Positions 18,095-28,505 of a stretch of DNA of 64,000 nucleotides are shown here, piece by piece. The notes under the pieces were generated by a model. The model did no database searches. It saw only the letters and a list, made by a program, of their open reading frames with translations, and was not told where the DNA came from. The translations under genes were made by a program, and so were the position numbers. Numbering within the stretch: position 1 is the first letter of the stretch; each line of letters starts with the position of its first letter. Source of the stretch: Nitrosopumilus sp. (GTDB lineage: Archaea > Thermoproteota > Nitrososphaeria > Nitrososphaerales > Nitrosopumilaceae); contig OZ244651.1 of assembly GCA_965218695.1 (NCBI GenBank), forward strand, positions 1,920,001-1,984,000. Direction: 5' to 3'.

Positions 18095-18565
18095 ATGGTT
18101 CTTCCCCAATACACCACAATGGCGTCAAGAAGACAGGGAGTGGGAATCATATGCATACTGGGCGTGGCCATATTCGGATATACGCAGTACATGCTGGTCT
18201 CGCAGGTGGAGGCAGACATCATCCAGAGCGACCGCCGGGGTGACGGCGGGACGGGTTCCGAGTATGACATCAAGTTAATGTTTAACAATCCCTCCCTGCT
18301 GGTACTGACAGCCGGCCAGACGGAGTTTCTGGTGATCGGAGACGACGGGGTGCTTGGAGAGGGAAGCCTGGGGGCATTTACGATCAACCCGCTTGATGAT
18401 GCCGTCGTCAGCGGCACCTACCGTGCAGATTCCGGAGACGACAGGGCCGAATCGGTATGGATAACCGGGGTTACAAGATATGACATTCTTGTGGCATCAG
18501 TCGACGTTCCGTTTACGTACCATCCAACAGACATGCAGGTAATGGAATTTATACATCAGGGCTGA
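18095..18565 (+). CDS. Membrane-anchored LEA-2-like protein
   Basis: N-terminal TM helix, MFNNPS beta-rich domain. Confidence 0.6.
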   Translation: MVLPQYTTMASRRQGVGIICILGVAIFGYTQYMLVSQVEADIIQSDRRGDGGTGSEYDIKLMFNNPSLLVLTAGQTEFLVIGDDGVLGEGSLGAFTINPLDDAVVSGTYRADSGDDRAESVWITGVTRYDILVASVDVPFTYHPTDMQVMEFIHQG

Positions 18566-18576
18566 GATCCCCTCAG

Positions 18577-19470
18577 ATGCTGACTGTGTTTGGTTCTGTT
18601 GCACTGGATACAATCAGGTGCCCCGGATGGGTCAAAACCGAGATGCTGGGCGGCTCTGCCACGTATGCGGCAATCTCTGCAAGCAACTTTGTAGACACGG
18701 GGTTGATTACGGCAGTCGGAAGCGACTTTCCGGGGGGGTATCATGACATACTCTCAAGACACCTGAATCTGCAGGGGCTGACAGTTAGGGAGGGCAAGAC
18801 CTTCAGGTATGACGGGGAGTATGACGGCACGTTCAGCACTAGGACGGCCTTGAAGACGGAGTTGAACGTGGTGGAAGGATTCGTGCCGGCGGTTCCAGAG
18901 GAGTACAGGGATTCCAAGTTTGTCTATCTGGCAAATAACGACCCGGAGCAGAACACGTCACTGCTTGGAGAGTTTGACGGGGTGGAGTTTTCAATGTGCG
19001 ATACCATAGATTTCTGGATCTCCACCAAGCGGGAGGCGGTAATCAGGATGATAAAGGCAGTAGATGCAGTCGTGATTAATGACGAGGAGGCCAGACTCCT
19101 TACAAAGGAGCACAATCTAGTAAGATGCGCAAGAATCATGACGGAGTGGGGGGCAGACTATGTCATTATCAAGAAGGGGGAGCACGGCGCCCTGACGTTT
19201 TATCAGGACGAGGTATTTCCCACGCCGGGATTTCCGCTGGGAGACGTTGCAGACCCTACCGGAGCCGGGGACGCCTTTGCCGGAGCCGTGATGGGGTATC
19301 TTGCAGACGGGGGAACAGCAGGCATAACGGAGATCAGAAGGGCAGTCACATATGGGAATGTCCTGGGATCCTTTGCAGTCCAGGGGTACGGCCTAGACGG
19401 ACTGCTGGGGATAGGTGACGGGGACATAGCTGCAAGGACAGAGGCGTACAGGAACATGCTTGGGATATGA
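18577..19470 (+). CDS. PfkB-family carbohydrate/nucleoside kinase
   Basis: LGGSA, INDEE, DPTGAGDAFAG. Confidence 0.92.
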   Translation: MLTVFGSVALDTIRCPGWVKTEMLGGSATYAAISASNFVDTGLITAVGSDFPGGYHDILSRHLNLQGLTVREGKTFRYDGEYDGTFSTRTALKTELNVVEGFVPAVPEEYRDSKFVYLANNDPEQNTSLLGEFDGVEFSMCDTIDFWISTKREAVIRMIKAVDAVVINDEEARLLTKEHNLVRCARIMTEWGADYVIIKKGEHGALTFYQDEVFPTPGFPLGDVADPTGAGDAFAGAVMGYLADGGTAGITEIRRAVTYGNVLGSFAVQGYGLDGLLGIGDGDIAARTEAYRNMLGI

Positions 19471-19603
19471 GGCAACGACCAGATCCGTCTGATTTTGGTG
19501 CGGGCCTGTGTTTTATCCCATGCGATCTGGGTCCTAGGTATGGGAATCTTTGAAAGACTTAAGTCGTGGGATCCGCTGGGTAAGATTGCTGTTGGCACAA
19601 GAC

Positions 19604-19945
19604 ATGGTTGAATCAGAAGACAGGCTGGACAGGATATTCGGGCTGCAGAAGGGTCTGGCAGACATGATGAACCTGGACAGGTACCCGTCAGATACGGAGG
19701 GACGGGTATCGGCGCTCTGTACTGCCATTATTCATGAGGCAGTCGAGCTGCAGAGAACCACCAACTGGAAGTGGTGGAAGACGCCTATGAGATTCAACGA
19801 GCAGGAGGCAAGGGGGGAGCTGATTGACATATGGCATTTTGTGATCCAGGCCTCAATCGAGCTTGATCTGACTCCCGAGGACATAATACGGGAGTACAAG
19901 AGAAAGAATGACGTCAACAGGCAGAGACAGAAGGACGGATACTAG
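19604..19945 (+). CDS. Dimeric all-alpha dUTPase
   Basis: HEAVEL, WKWWK, ELIDIWHF, KNDVNRQRQ. Confidence 0.85.
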   Translation: MVESEDRLDRIFGLQKGLADMMNLDRYPSDTEGRVSALCTAIIHEAVELQRTTNWKWWKTPMRFNEQEARGELIDIWHFVIQASIELDLTPEDIIREYKRKNDVNRQRQKDGY

Positions 19946-20418
19946 AGTCTTTTAATCTCCTCACGGATCTGTTCCAGATCGGTCTGGCCGGTCATGTCCA
20001 CGATGGTCACATCCTTTTGGAAGTGCTCTATCATGTGTTTGGGGACGGTAATGTATGGGTCGGGGCTTGTCGAGCCGACTATCCTGCCGTTCCCGTCGGT
20101 GCCGTTCCTGTGCAGTTCGGACAGCGAGTGTCCGGCCTTGTGTCCCCAGACGTCCCTGCCGCACACCAGAAGGACGGTTATGCGGGGGTTGCCGTCCAAG
20201 TGCCTGAGGACGGAATCTATGCCCTTGTTCTCGGAGAGGAGCCTTCCGGCTATCGAGATGCTATTCATCGTATCAGAACTGGCAAGGGTCTTGAGCAGGT
20301 TCATGCTTGACAGGGTGCAGACTGCCAGACCAGAGTCCGGATTTCCCTGGAATGATTCCTCGGGGATGGGTAGGACGATCTTGCAGACCTTGCCAATTGC
20401 CTCACCCAGCGCGTTCAT
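19942..20418 (-). CDS. MtrA-like (corrinoid-binding) protein
   Basis: AVCTLSS, SENKGID, LLVCG, GHKAGHSL, GRIVGS...PY. Confidence 0.8.
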   Translation of the reverse strand: MNALGEAIGKVCKIVLPIPEESFQGNPDSGLAVCTLSSMNLLKTLASSDTMNSISIAGRLLSENKGIDSVLRHLDGNPRITVLLVCGRDVWGHKAGHSLSELHRNGTDGNGRIVGSTSPDPYITVPKHMIEHFQKDVTIVDMTGQTDLEQIREEIKRL

Positions 20419-21497
20419 AGTGCCTCACGCAGGGTCTCTGCAATAAATCTGATGTCCCTTGTGGTGACCTGCGGATGAACCGGCAGGGAAAGCACGCGTG
20501 ATGCGGCCCTCTCTGTGTTGGGAAGACGGATGCCAGACCTGTACAACGGGGTTCTGTGGACAGGTGTGGGATAGTATGATGCAGCACCGATCCCTGCATC
20601 GTTGAGCCTCCTCAGAAGCCGGTTGCGCCCACGGACGGCGATGGTATACAGGTACCAGTTGACGTCCTGATCCTCTTGCTCGCAGGGAAGGGTGACCTTG
20701 AGATCAGATATCATGCCGGAGAGGAGTTTGGCATTGCGCCTTCTTAACTTTAGGAATCCTGGCAATCTCTCCATCTGAACTGTTGCAATCGCAGCGCTAA
20801 ACTCGGGCAGGCGCATGTTCAGACCGGGGATCCTGGTGTCGAATCCGCGGACCGTTCCGTGGTTTCTAATCATTAGCAGCCGATCCCGGAGCCTCTTGCT
20901 GTTAGTTACAACGAAGCCTCCCTCTCCGGAAGTCATCACCTTGGCAGGATACATGCTGTAGCACCCCATCTCAAAGAAGGTGCCTGCCTGTCTTCCCTTG
21001 TAAACCGAGCCCAAGGCCTGCGCCGAGTCCTCTATGACGGGGATGCAGCACCTGGCAGATACCTCCGAGAGCCCCTCCACATCTGCCACATGCCCGTAGA
21101 GGTGGACGGGTATGATGGCGCGGGTCTTTTTGGTGATCTTTGCCCGGAGATCCTCCATGTCCACGGTATACTGTCCCTTTGCAATATCCACAAAGACCGG
21201 CGTTGCCCCGGTGGAGGCTACGGTGTTTGCAGTTGCAACAAACGTAAAGGACGGAACCAGCACCTCGTCTCCTGGCCCCACATCTAGCGCATGGAGGGCA
21301 GCCTGCAGAGCCGCAGTGCCGGAGTTGACTGCGACTGCATATCTTGAACCCGTAAAGGATGCAGCTGCCTTCTCAAAGTCCCGAACGTGCGCACCTCCCT
21401 CCCTTGCAGACGACGTAAGCGCGCCACTCCTGAGCACGGAGACGGCAGCGGAGATCTCCTTTTTGCCTATCATGGGGGTGTTGATTGCAATTCTCAA
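20415..21497 (-). CDS. DegT/DnrJ/EryC1/StrS aminotransferase
   Basis: NSGTAAL, PVHLYG, IEDSAQA, SMYPAKVMTSGEGG. Confidence 0.93.
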   Translation of the reverse strand: MRIAINTPMIGKKEISAAVSVLRSGALTSSAREGGAHVRDFEKAAASFTGSRYAVAVNSGTAALQAALHALDVGPGDEVLVPSFTFVATANTVASTGATPVFVDIAKGQYTVDMEDLRAKITKKTRAIIPVHLYGHVADVEGLSEVSARCCIPVIEDSAQALGSVYKGRQAGTFFEMGCYSMYPAKVMTSGEGGFVVTNSKRLRDRLLMIRNHGTVRGFDTRIPGLNMRLPEFSAAIATVQMERLPGFLKLRRRNAKLLSGMISDLKVTLPCEQEDQDVNWYLYTIAVRGRNRLLRRLNDAGIGAASYYPTPVHRTPLYRSGIRLPNTERAASRVLSLPVHPQVTTRDIRFIAETLREAL

Positions 21498-21700
21498 CGG
21501 TGTCGTTTGTGCGAGACAGTCTATTAAATCTGGGGCCGGAGCCGCCCCGCATCACTTGACCAAACCATGACGATTGGCGGGCAAGGGCATCCTGCCACAT
21601 CGTCAGATGGTTGGCCGGCCGGCCGTGAACCGCCTTCAGGACGGCATGCGTAAACCCCCGCGGTATGAATTTTTATATTTCAAGGATGCCACACGGCATA

Positions 21701-22270
21701 ATGAGAATACGCCACCTTGACGAGACAGACGCAGGGTACAGGGTGTACCTGTACGTGTTTTATGTCTGCGGGTTTGTCATGGCCTCGTCACTGGTCTTCG
21801 GGGTGTACGTAACCATGATCGAGTGGATGGAGAACGGAACGTATGTCATGGGAGAGGCCATCCACAACACGACGATTCCGTTTGAAAATTTTGCAAGGGT
21901 TTCAACATGGATATTCTTTTCAACGGTAATTGGCTGGTACTGCGTATCTAGGATTGGCTGGAAGCGGACTGCCGGAAGCAAGATAACCGGGACAAGGATG
22001 GCGCTGCTCCAGCTGATGCTGCTGGGATTTGTAATAATTACATTCTATGAGGTGCTGTACAATTTTACGGTGCTAAACGCGCAGATCACAGCGGGGATAA
22101 TCAACGGTATGGTTCCGGACATCGACCGGCTGTCAGTGGCGTACCCGGATCCGGATAGACCGTGGAATCTGGTGTTTGCAACAAAGATCTTTCTTGCCTG
22201 TTTTATCATCAGTTCCCATGCATTCTACCTCAGCATAAAGCCCAGAAAGAACATAGGCCCGGAGATCTAG
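21701..22270 (+). CDS. 4-TM membrane protein
   Basis: Four hydrophobic helices; TATA-like TTTTATATT upstream. Confidence 0.7.
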   Translation: MRIRHLDETDAGYRVYLYVFYVCGFVMASSLVFGVYVTMIEWMENGTYVMGEAIHNTTIPFENFARVSTWIFFSTVIGWYCVSRIGWKRTAGSKITGTRMALLQLMLLGFVIITFYEVLYNFTVLNAQITAGIINGMVPDIDRLSVAYPDPDRPWNLVFATKIFLACFIISSHAFYLSIKPRKNIGPEI

Positions 22271-22415
22271 GACGGTCTGGCAGGTACGGGAATAATGGTC
22301 CCAGACGGCGCGTGCCGCTGCAGCGTATGGGTCCATGACGCATTCAGGTTTGGGAGCCGTTCTGTCAGGGATTTTTAAATAACTTTATACATTTGAGGCC
22401 AAGAATTCACTTGAT

Positions 22416-23450
22416 TTGGACATTGCAAAGAAGGTCGCTCTGGTCGAGAAGTCCACTGCGGAGGTGGTAACCCATGAGGAATTGGTCAGCCTCTTTGAGA
22501 CAAACCAGTCCCCAAAGCACTACATTGGGCTGGAGATCTCCGGATTTCTCCACCTTGGCAGCCTGATCAGCACGGGATTCAAGATTAACGATTTTATGAA
22601 GGCCGGAGTGCGGTGTACGGTATTCCTTGCAGACTGGCACACCATGATTAATGACAAGTTGGGCGGGGACTGGGATACGATCTCAAGGGTATCAGAATAC
22701 TATCGGGATGCCTTTAAGATGATCTGTCCGGGTGTGGAGGTTGTCTTGGGATCCAAACTGTACGAGGAGAGGCCCGAATACTGGTCTGATCTTCTCAGGT
22801 TTACAAAACACATGTCGCTTGCCAGGACAATGAAGACGCTGACCATAATGGGTCGCTCTGAGAGTGAGAAGGTAGAACTGGCAAAGCTGCTCTACCCCCC
22901 GATGCAGGCAGTCGACATCCACATGCTGGATGTGGATATTGCCCATGCCGGAATGGACCAGAGAAAGATCCACATGCTGGTAAGGGACGTCTTTCCCAAG
23001 ATGGGGTGGAAGGTGCCGGTGGCAGTCCACCACGGCCTGCTTCCGGGGCTTGGAAGGCCTGCAGAGGCAGGCTCCCAGGCAACAAAGATGAGCAAGTCGG
23101 ATACGAGATCAGGCATATTCATACACGATGCTGACGACGAGGTAAGAAGAAAGGTCAACAAGGCATGGTGTGAGGAGGGGAGCATTCAGAACAATCCGCT
23201 GTTGGAGATTGCAAGGACCATAATCTTCCACGAGTTTGCAGAGATGAACGTGGAGAGGCCCGCAAAGTACGGCGGCAACGTCTCGTATGCAGAGTACGGC
23301 CAGCTCGAGTCGGACTTTGAGGCCGGAAGGCTCCATCCGGGGGACCTGAAGCGGGTAGTCGGCGAGTACCTTGTAAGGGTAACGGCGCCGATCAGGGAGA
23401 AACTAGCCATGGATCCTGGGCTGTACGAGATGATAAGGGGAACCTATTAG
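22416..23450 (+). CDS. tyrS: Tyrosine--tRNA ligase
   Basis: HLGS (HIGH), YPPMQAVDI, GMDQRK, KMSKS. Confidence 0.95.
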   Translation: MDIAKKVALVEKSTAEVVTHEELVSLFETNQSPKHYIGLEISGFLHLGSLISTGFKINDFMKAGVRCTVFLADWHTMINDKLGGDWDTISRVSEYYRDAFKMICPGVEVVLGSKLYEERPEYWSDLLRFTKHMSLARTMKTLTIMGRSESEKVELAKLLYPPMQAVDIHMLDVDIAHAGMDQRKIHMLVRDVFPKMGWKVPVAVHHGLLPGLGRPAEAGSQATKMSKSDTRSGIFIHDADDEVRRKVNKAWCEEGSIQNNPLLEIARTIIFHEFAEMNVERPAKYGGNVSYAEYGQLESDFEAGRLHPGDLKRVVGEYLVRVTAPIREKLAMDPGLYEMIRGTY

Positions 23451-24247
23451 ACCTTAAGGTTCGGGTTTGTCTGCTCTTCCAGGTTGTACTTTGACTTGTA
23501 CCCCCTTGGATTGATCATCAGATCCTCGTAGGTGTATGTGGCAGAGTTGCCAACAATGACTGTGCTGATCATGCCCAGCTTGTCTGAGTGGTTTGGCAGA
23601 TTCTCAAGGTCGGTCAGGACCACGGTCTCAGAGGACCTAAAGGCACCCTTTATGATTGCAACAGGGGTGGCAGGTCTCCTGTACTTTAGAAGAATCCTCC
23701 GGGTATCCTGCAGTTGGTGTATCCTCTTCTTGCTGGCAGGATTGTATATCACGATTACAAAGTCGCCCTGCGCTGCGGCCTCGACCCTCTTTTCGATGAT
23801 CTCCCACGGAACCAGCAGATCGCTCATGCTGACTACTGCAAAATCGGTCATTAATGGGGAGCCGACTATGGAGGCGCACGAGTTGAGCGCAGACACGCCT
23901 GGAACGATCTCAACTTGCAGGCCGTCTTTTGGACTCCAGCCGGTCTCGGCAAGTGTCTCATATATGAGTCCGGCCATCCCATAGATGCCCGGATCCCCGC
24001 TTGACACCAGCGAGACTGTCCTGCCGGACTTTGCAAGATCGATGCACTGGTGAGCCCTCTCGACCTCCTGCGTCATCGCGTAGCGGTATACGGTCTTTCC
24101 CCCAATGAGATCCTGGACCAGGTTTACATAGGTCTCGTACCCGACGATCGTGTCGCTCTGTTCAATTACCTGTCTTGCCCTAAACGTCATGTGGTCATGG
24201 TGCCCGGGTCCGACGCCGACTATGTACAGCTTGCCAGTCAATTTCAA
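23447..24247 (-). CDS. cobJ: Precorrin-3B C17-methyltransferase
   Basis: VGVGPG, SSGDPGIYGMA, SMSDLLVPW, YNPASKKR, NPRGY. Confidence 0.92.
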   Translation of the reverse strand: MKLTGKLYIVGVGPGHHDHMTFRARQVIEQSDTIVGYETYVNLVQDLIGGKTVYRYAMTQEVERAHQCIDLAKSGRTVSLVSSGDPGIYGMAGLIYETLAETGWSPKDGLQVEIVPGVSALNSCASIVGSPLMTDFAVVSMSDLLVPWEIIEKRVEAAAQGDFVIVIYNPASKKRIHQLQDTRRILLKYRRPATPVAIIKGAFRSSETVVLTDLENLPNHSDKLGMISTVIVGNSATYTYEDLMINPRGYKSKYNLEEQTNPNLKV

Positions 24248-24331
24248 GACAGCTCTCCGTCCAAGTAATTTATCCCTTTAGAGGGGGAGCCCAACCAAGG
24301 AGACATCGGCACGGCCTCACGGCTGCGTGCA

Positions 24332-25795
24332 CTACTGGAACGGATCTATGAAGGGACAGTTGACTATGTGATCGCTGTTTGTGGGACGCGCAATGCTTAC
24401 TGTAACCATGTCTGCATCGCGGAACGCATCGATGTCGGCCGTAGTCTCCATTACCTTTGCAGATTCCTCGTCATGCCACTCGACCAGATAGATCCTCCAC
24501 ATCGGGCTGTAGTTCTCGTCGCCCAGGGCTGCAGTGGATATGCCTGCCTGGAATCCCAGCGGGCCCGAGCCCCTCACCCCGTTGTTGAACTGGAAGAGAT
24601 CCACGGCGCCGGTACTGGCTATGAGGCCTGCAGAGACAGGCGAGGAGACTACTCCCATTGTTCCTGCAGGCGCCTGCGGCGTTGCATCAGTAACGATATA
24701 GTATACGGTTCTTCCGTCAGGTCCCCAACCCCTGTGGGCCACAAACGTCACAGTCATGGACTCTGTGTCGATCTCAGTTATCTGGCCTCCCCCGTACGGC
24801 GTGCCGTCGGTAATCTCCGGATCCTCCCGAACCGTCATCTGACCGTCAGGCCAGACGATCTGAGGGATGTTGATAACCACGCCTGTGTCATCAAGTGTGA
24901 TTCTTCCGCCCTCATGCGCATCCAGGATGTCCTCGACTGACTCCAGCACAGACTCCCTCTGCCCGTTCTTCCATGCAACCTCTATAACGGAGTTCAGGGC
25001 GCCATACTCGGACTCTTGCAACGGGGTGTTGGAGAATACCTCTCCCTGGAATCCGTATATTCCGTCACCTTCCACGCCGTTTGTAAAGACATACAGATCC
25101 TGCAGGATGTCTGCAGGGATATCCTGGAGCGGGGGTGCAAGCTCGACTCTCCACCCCTGCATCTCTGAGAGGGTGTTGGCATATTCCTCATCGCTTCCGT
25201 CGGTAATGATGTAAAGGATCTCTCCCCCGTCATACATTCCCGTGTGGAGGGGGATGGTGGCAGGAACGTTTGCCCTTGAGAGCTGTATGGGGGGATCCTC
25301 TGTTTCCACCGGGATCTCCTGCGTCATTACAGGCGTCGGCTCGCCCCTGGTCCATCCGTCAAGTGACAGGGTTGCAACAAACTTGTCTGATGCAGGAGTG
25401 TACAGCCCGAGGGCGGCTCCGGTAAACTCGACGGTGCCGGTCATGGCAGAGGGTTCAAGCAGCGTAAGGGCATAGTGTGTGATGTCGTCGACGGTCCAGA
25501 CTGCCTGACCGCCGGAATCGCCCTCCTGTATATCATGCAGGATCATCACCTGAACAGGCGTGCTGGAGGTAAATGTCATGGAGCCGTCATAGATGGTTCC
25601 CTCGTTGGGCGGGAGGACAAGGGACAGCTGGTGGTCTTCCTGACCCAGGCCGGGAGAGGGTAGGGATGTGACAGTCTGGGTAAAGTGGATCTTTTTAATG
25701 GAACCGGCAGTGGCAAACTGATCCGATACCGAGGATACGGCAACGATGCCTGTTGCAAGGACTCCGATTATCGCTATTATTACCAGCAGCTTCAA
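24332..25795 (-). CDS. Secreted acidic protein with two repeated beta-rich domains
   Basis: Signal/TM anchor; repeats YIITDGS...INIPQI and YYIVTDAT...YSPMW...IVNCPFI. Confidence 0.75.
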   Translation of the reverse strand: MKLLVIIAIIGVLATGIVAVSSVSDQFATAGSIKKIHFTQTVTSLPSPGLGQEDHQLSLVLPPNEGTIYDGSMTFTSSTPVQVMILHDIQEGDSGGQAVWTVDDITHYALTLLEPSAMTGTVEFTGAALGLYTPASDKFVATLSLDGWTRGEPTPVMTQEIPVETEDPPIQLSRANVPATIPLHTGMYDGGEILYIITDGSDEEYANTLSEMQGWRVELAPPLQDIPADILQDLYVFTNGVEGDGIYGFQGEVFSNTPLQESEYGALNSVIEVAWKNGQRESVLESVEDILDAHEGGRITLDDTGVVINIPQIVWPDGQMTVREDPEITDGTPYGGGQITEIDTESMTVTFVAHRGWGPDGRTVYYIVTDATPQAPAGTMGVVSSPVSAGLIASTGAVDLFQFNNGVRGSGPLGFQAGISTAALGDENYSPMWRIYLVEWHDEESAKVMETTADIDAFRDADMVTVSIARPTNSDHIVNCPFIDPFQ

Positions 25796-25841
25796 TAGGT
25801 ATCCACGCCGCCGCGTACATAATTAATTTTCTGTTTAGACA

Positions 25842-27054
25842 GGGTGTGTCCTAGAGGCATATGCCCCCGGATGACAAAAGATATGGATCGGCGGATCACG
25901 GCATCGCCTAATGACTACAAAGAAACGCGACCAACGACAGTACGATTTGGTTCAGCAGTACCTGTCGGGCCTCATGCTGAATACCGTGCTGGGAATAATC
26001 AAGAATCTTGGGGATCCGTACGCCGTCAGGCCCGGCCTGGGCGGCATGACGGCATACCCGCCTGGCGCCATGGCAGCTGTCTGCATCATGCTTGAGGCAC
26101 AGCGCACGACCTACCGTAAGATGGTCGGCATCCTCCGAAACAATAGCGCCATGGCAGCCAAGATGGGCCTAGAGAAAATTCCCTCCAAGAGCACGATAGC
26201 ACGCGCCTACGGCCTGATCCCGGAATGGTACCTGGCAGAGGCACACCGGATTGCCATCAGGGAGGTGGAGGCAGGCTCCCTGGCAGCAGACGGTACCGGA
26301 TACTCGTACCTGCGGTTTGTCAGGTGGTTTGACGTCAGGACCGACAGTTTTCGTACCAGAAAGGGATGGGTCAAACTGCACGCAATCGTGGATATCCGCA
26401 CCAGGGTGATAATCGACTGCATGGTGACTGACAGCGCAGTGGCAGACATAAACGGGCTGTACGCGATGCTCGGCAGGTTAGGCCGGGGCACCGGCGACTT
26501 TTGCCTGGATTCTGCATACCTGGCAAGGCTCATGTGCAACATGATATCTGCGATGGGAATGGTGCCCCGCATCAAGCCAAAATCCAACACCATACGCAAC
26601 GCCAGGGGAAGCCAGTCGTGGCGCGAGATGGTAAGCCTGTACATGGATGAACGGGACAGGTTTGACTCGGAATACCACCAGCGCAGCATCATCGAGGCAG
26701 TCTTTGCCGCCCTCAAGAAGATGTACGGGGACAGCACCAGGTGCCGAAAACACGAGAACCGGACAAGGGAGACTGCGATCCGTGTCATGTGCTACAACAT
26801 CGAGCTCGTGGCCAGATTGCAGGCAAAAGACGGCAGGCTCACACAGGATCAAATCGCGACACTTGCAGCATAGCTGGCGCGTCTTGACACGCGCCTCCTA
26901 GCGGAGCCTCCGCACAGTGTCTTGGATTTGGGGGATTTTATGGGTTGTGGAGGATTGACGGTGCGGCACTGTTGGCGTCGACGGGTTCTGGCACCAATCA
27001 TGTCTTTGGCATTCTGGTACATGGGATGGCATTTTTTATTACTAGGACACACCC
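25842..27054 (+). mobile_element. IS5-family element
   Basis: Perfect 13-bp IR GGGTGTGTCCTAG; 9-bp TSD GTTTAGACA. Confidence 0.93.
25911..26873 (+). CDS. DDE transposase (IS5/DDE_Tnp_1)
   Basis: ADGTG, GWVKLHAIVD, LDSAY, YHQRSIIEAVFAALK. Confidence 0.9.
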   Translation: MTTKKRDQRQYDLVQQYLSGLMLNTVLGIIKNLGDPYAVRPGLGGMTAYPPGAMAAVCIMLEAQRTTYRKMVGILRNNSAMAAKMGLEKIPSKSTIARAYGLIPEWYLAEAHRIAIREVEAGSLAADGTGYSYLRFVRWFDVRTDSFRTRKGWVKLHAIVDIRTRVIIDCMVTDSAVADINGLYAMLGRLGRGTGDFCLDSAYLARLMCNMISAMGMVPRIKPKSNTIRNARGSQSWREMVSLYMDERDRFDSEYHQRSIIEAVFAALKKMYGDSTRCRKHENRTRETAIRVMCYNIELVARLQAKDGRLTQDQIATLAA

Positions 27055-27065
27055 GTTTAGACATG

Positions 27066-28469
27066 CTAGTTGATCCGATCCAGCTCGAAGGCATCGTGCA
27101 GTGCCCGCACTGCGGCGCTGGCGTCGGCATTATTGACGACAAAGGCAATGTTAAGCTCAGAGGAGCCCTGGGTGATCATCGACACGTTGAGTCCCTTTCT
27201 CTCGACTGCGCCAAAGACCCGTGATGCAACGCCGACTGTTCCCCTCATCCCGGAGCCTATCAGTGCAATTATGGCCATGTTCGTTATGATGTCCAGCTTC
27301 TTGATGATCTTGCCCAGAAGCTCTATCTCCAAGGTGGTCACGGCCCTGTCGAGATCGTCGTTCCTTACCACTATTGTAATGCTGGACTCGGACGGGTTCT
27401 GGGAGATCATCATCACATTGACTCCTGTCTTTGCAAGAGTGGTAAATATCTGGGCTGCATTGCCCGGAGTTCCCATCATGTTGCCGCCATGTATGTCGAT
27501 CAGTCCGCTGTCACGTATGCTGCTCACGCACTTTACCGTGTTTGTAGCGTGTGCGGAGGGCAATGCTGTGACCAGGGTTCCCTCGTTGGCCGTGTTGGTG
27601 GAGCTTCTAATCTTCATTGGAATGTTCGTTGAGAGCAGGGGTTCAAACGTTCTGGGATGTATCTGCTTTGCGCCAAACAGGGCCATCTCGACTGCCTCGC
27701 TGTAGGAGAGCTCCTTGAGCAGTTTTGCGTTCCTGACTATCTTCGGATCCGCAGTCATCAGGCCATCCACGTTACTCATCAGCCATATCTGGTCGGCCTT
27801 GATGCAGGATCCTATTATGGTTGCAGTATAGTCAGAGCCTCCCCGGCCAAAGGTGGTCACGTGTCCGTGCTGGTCTGCGCCTGTAAAACCACCGACTATT
27901 GGAACGATCTTTTTTGAGAGGGTCGACTCTATGGTCTTTGAGACCCTCAGCCGGGTGGTATCCATGAGGGGTTTTGACTCGCCGAAGTTGGAGTCAGTCA
28001 CGATTCCCACATCCTTGCCTGTAAGCGGGACTGCACGCCGGCCATGGTCAGAGACGGAGGAGGCCACCAGTTGTATGGACAGCCTCTCTCCAAACGAGAA
28101 CAGATAGTCCATTGTTCTTGGCGTGATCTCCCCGAGTAGCATTATCCCGTCAATCAGTGCATGAAGTTGTGCAAAGTCCCTCTCAAGACTCTCCAGTAGC
28201 TTTTTGCGCACTGCCGGTCTCTTTATGGTCTTCCTTGCAAGATCCATGTGTCTGCTGACGATTCTTGATTCAATCTGTCCTGCCTTGGGCCTGTTCTTCT
28301 TTTTGATCGATTCTGATATTCCTATGAGATCATCAGTCGTCCCGTCCGTTGCAGAGCATACGACGACGACGTGGTTCTTGGCAGACAGCGAACCGATGTA
28401 ACTGGCCACATTTTGGATGTCTGTGGGGGAGGAGATTGATGTCCCACCATATTTTACTACGAGTCTCAA
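27066..28469 (-). CDS. lysC: Aspartate kinase
   Basis: KYGGTS, FGRGGSDYTA, DGLMTADP, two ACT domains. Confidence 0.95.
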   Translation of the reverse strand: MRLVVKYGGTSISSPTDIQNVASYIGSLSAKNHVVVVCSATDGTTDDLIGISESIKKKNRPKAGQIESRIVSRHMDLARKTIKRPAVRKKLLESLERDFAQLHALIDGIMLLGEITPRTMDYLFSFGERLSIQLVASSVSDHGRRAVPLTGKDVGIVTDSNFGESKPLMDTTRLRVSKTIESTLSKKIVPIVGGFTGADQHGHVTTFGRGGSDYTATIIGSCIKADQIWLMSNVDGLMTADPKIVRNAKLLKELSYSEAVEMALFGAKQIHPRTFEPLLSTNIPMKIRSSTNTANEGTLVTALPSAHATNTVKCVSSIRDSGLIDIHGGNMMGTPGNAAQIFTTLAKTGVNVMMISQNPSESSITIVVRNDDLDRAVTTLEIELLGKIIKKLDIITNMAIIALIGSGMRGTVGVASRVFGAVERKGLNVSMITQGSSELNIAFVVNNADASAAVRALHDAFELDRIN

Positions 28470-28505
28470 TTCAAGATACCTGAAAAGTCAGTCTTTAAAT
28501 GCTTT

